DNA of 64,000 nt. Source: Octopus bimaculoides. Lineage: Eukaryota. Location of the stretch: assembly GCF_001194135.2 (NCBI RefSeq), contig NC_068981.1, positions 147,698,108-147,762,107 on the forward strand. Direction: 5' to 3'. Under the pieces are notes generated by a model, which worked only from the letters and a program-made list of their open reading frames with translations, was not told the DNA's origin and did not search any database. Below, in pieces: positions 61,561 to 64,000 of the stretch; the first letter of the stretch is position 1, and each line of letters begins with the position of its first letter. A program made the position numbers and the translations under genes.

Positions 61561-62214
61561 TAAGTGACAGGAATTTTTCAATCACAGATTAGGACTTGTT
61601 TTGTGAGTCAGAGAGATTGCTGACTCTTATGATGACCTGAGGATAACTGAAAACCTCATACTCACAACTCTGTTCTTGCCAACTGCCTGAGTCAAAATGA
61701 TGTTCAAATCACCTGTTTCATCACATGACATCCCTTCATTTCTCACTTCAGGTGCATAGCTTACTATGTCACAATTGCTGAGGGCTGAAACCTCTTGGAG
61801 CCACAGAAAGTGACCCACTCATTGTGACAGTGGGCAGTATCACACAACTGTGATAATAAAATACCACCATTTCTGTAGATACAGATGCACAGAAAGTACA
61901 GATGCACAGAAGGTGTGGTAAGGGTGGAAGCAGTTGTGATTCTTTGGTTCCCTACATGGATGCATCTTCTGTTGTGGTGTCATATGACTCAAGTCAAAGA
62001 TAAACTTGTTATCAGTTTAAATATGCTTAAGAAATATTCAGATTGGTAACAAGTTTATATTTGTATACATCACTGCTTAGTGCTTCTAATCTGGATTGAA
62101 GTCATTCTCTTCTTTTGGGAATACACGATAACTTTAGACATCACTTTCTATTGTCTTCCTTATTCTTTCTCTCTTTCTTTTATTTATTTTTTTTTGGCAA
62201 TTGCTATATCATCA

Positions 62215-62645
62215 TCAAATTAGATGACCAAGCTATCACTCACTCCCCACAACTAGATAAGATTAAATAAAATGACTACCAACAATGGATCTTCTATATA
62301 GTAGAAATATCAGCCAAATTATTCTTAAATTACACTCTATCATCTTGAAAATGACAGCAGGTATTGGATAATGTTCTCCAAGATACATACTGTCAAAGAG
62401 AAAGAAGAGGTAGCCATGACTGGGATATTCTTAACTAGAGGTATGCTCAATAAGAAATTACCTGATGCTAAATAGCAACCACAGAAAGCACCAAATATCC
62501 TTCAAATCACACTATATCATCTTAATGAAAAGGAAGATACACTGGGTAATCTAATCAAAGAAATACAAAATGATGGGATCATTACGGCTGGAATTCACTT
62601 AACCATAGGTCTGTTTGGTCAGTGCTGAACTAGGACTAAACAGTA
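62215..62645 (+). repeat. Tandem Rep-D copies
   Basis: caaata..cttcaaatcacact.tatcatctt occurs twice, each followed by a ctgg.at..cttaac..aggt segment. Confidence 0.65.
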
Positions 62646-62717
62646 ACTGAATAGAGAGACAACATCATTCAGATAGATAAGAGTATATTGCTTGGGGGTG
62701 ATATTAATCTTTCATCT

Positions 62718-63095
62718 TATACTTGTTTCAGTCATTGGACTGTGGCCATGCTGGGGTATTATCTTGAAGGATTTAGTTGAATAAATCAACTCTATGTTTT
62801 TTAAGTTTAGTACTTATTCTATCAGTCTTGCTTGATGAACTACAAAGTTCAGAGACATAAACCACCACTGCTTGACTGGTTGTTGAACAATGGTAGGGAA
62901 CGAACACAAAGTTGAACAGATACGCACATATTTATATGGCAGGCTTCCCCATAGTTTTTGTCTACCAACTTCATTGACAAGGCAATGATTGGTCTGGGGT
63001 TATGGTAGAAAACACTTGCCCAAGGTACCACACAGTGGGACTGAACCTAAAACTGCTTGGTTGCAAAACAAATTTCTTAACCACACAACCATGCT
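62718..63095 (-). mobile_element. SINE-A, full length, no microsatellite expansion
   Basis: cttgtttcagtcatt..gccatgctgg at one end; cttaaccacacaaccatgc head at the other. Confidence 0.82.
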
Positions 63096-64000
63096 TGTTA
63101 AGTTTTTTTCTTTTTCAATGTGCTAGCAGACAATTCTAATTTTTTGGTATTTAGTGTTCCTAACACAAATAGTATTAGCAACATTATTTTCTGTTTTTCA
63201 AATAGAAAATAGTGTTGCTAACATTTATGATATTTGTTTCAAGTTTACAATATAATATTGTTCACTGTACAATATGCTTCAAAATAACTGGAATCGTATG
63301 ACAGTTCCATTATACAGATTTACCAAAATGCTCGAGGCTAATGTAATTAGCATATGGCTTCTAATTAGAGTACAGGACTAGATTAAATAATAATCTCTAT
63401 CATAATATTGAATCCTACTATGCTTAATTTTGTTGTGGTTCACCTGTTTAAATGAAATCATGAGAAGATGATTAATTATTGTATGTTTTAAATCAGAATT
63501 ACTTGGTTAAATTCAAATACTGCTATAACTTCCATAGTTTAGTTTACTCTTTTACAACCATTTAGACCAAAGTTACAACAATCTTCATGCAGTCATTGAC
63601 CTTCACGTGTTTGGACTGGGCAGGGCATAATCACATCAAAGCCTTGTGAGTGGATTTGGTAAATGAAAACTAAAGGAAGCCCATTGTATGTATGTATGCA
63701 TGTCATTGTTCAGTTTTATTTCAAGATTTCTTGCCAATAGAGAAAGAGCTGGTTTCTAACCTAGATTCAAGGCTCCATTGGAATTTCAATATCAACAACA
63801 GGGTATTTTTGTTTGTTTGTTTGTATGTATGTATGTATGTATGTCTCTTCTATTTTTTAATTATTATAAATCTTCCACTGAGGAACAAAGATACAAAGCT
63901 CCATCTTTGGGATGTAGTTAACACAGACAAATCCACATATGTATGTATATGTGCAGATTTGTATGTTTTGCCTTATGTATGTGTTCTCATGCATATAGTT

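Overview
Repeat-saturated, AT-rich animal genomic DNA with several N gaps. The SINE and LINE repertoire points to an octopod cephalopod; this rests on my recollection of octopus repeats, not on a search. I recognise no host protein-coding gene, RNA gene or CRISPR array, so the window is probably a large intron or intergenic DNA. Contents: (1) a complete, decayed Ty3/Gypsy LTR element (18192-21957; TG..CA LTRs, CTACA TSD, PBS, PPT) that lacks RT/RNase H, carries an internal fold-back rearrangement, and is nested in an old RTE LINE; (2) a young, 5'-truncated Penelope-like element (39062-40067) with GIY-YIG-type C-terminal motifs and two identical inverted 156-bp terminal repeats, each holding a variant minimal hammerhead-ribozyme fold; (3) a second, older hammerhead-like fold-back repeat family (about 29.2-29.4 kb and 33.9 kb); (4) DNA transposons: a Tc1-like DD36E element, a maT-like DD37D element, mariner fragments and MITEs, hAT and piggyBac-type MITEs, and a probable Chapaev/CMC relic; (5) three RTE lineages, the commonest with a PHD-type zinc finger inside the RT region; (6) about 45 copies of three tRNA-derived SINE families (here SINE-A, -B, -C), an unclassified dispersed repeat (Rep-D) and many microsatellites. 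Boundaries of decayed copies are approximate unless a TSD or TIR is quoted.
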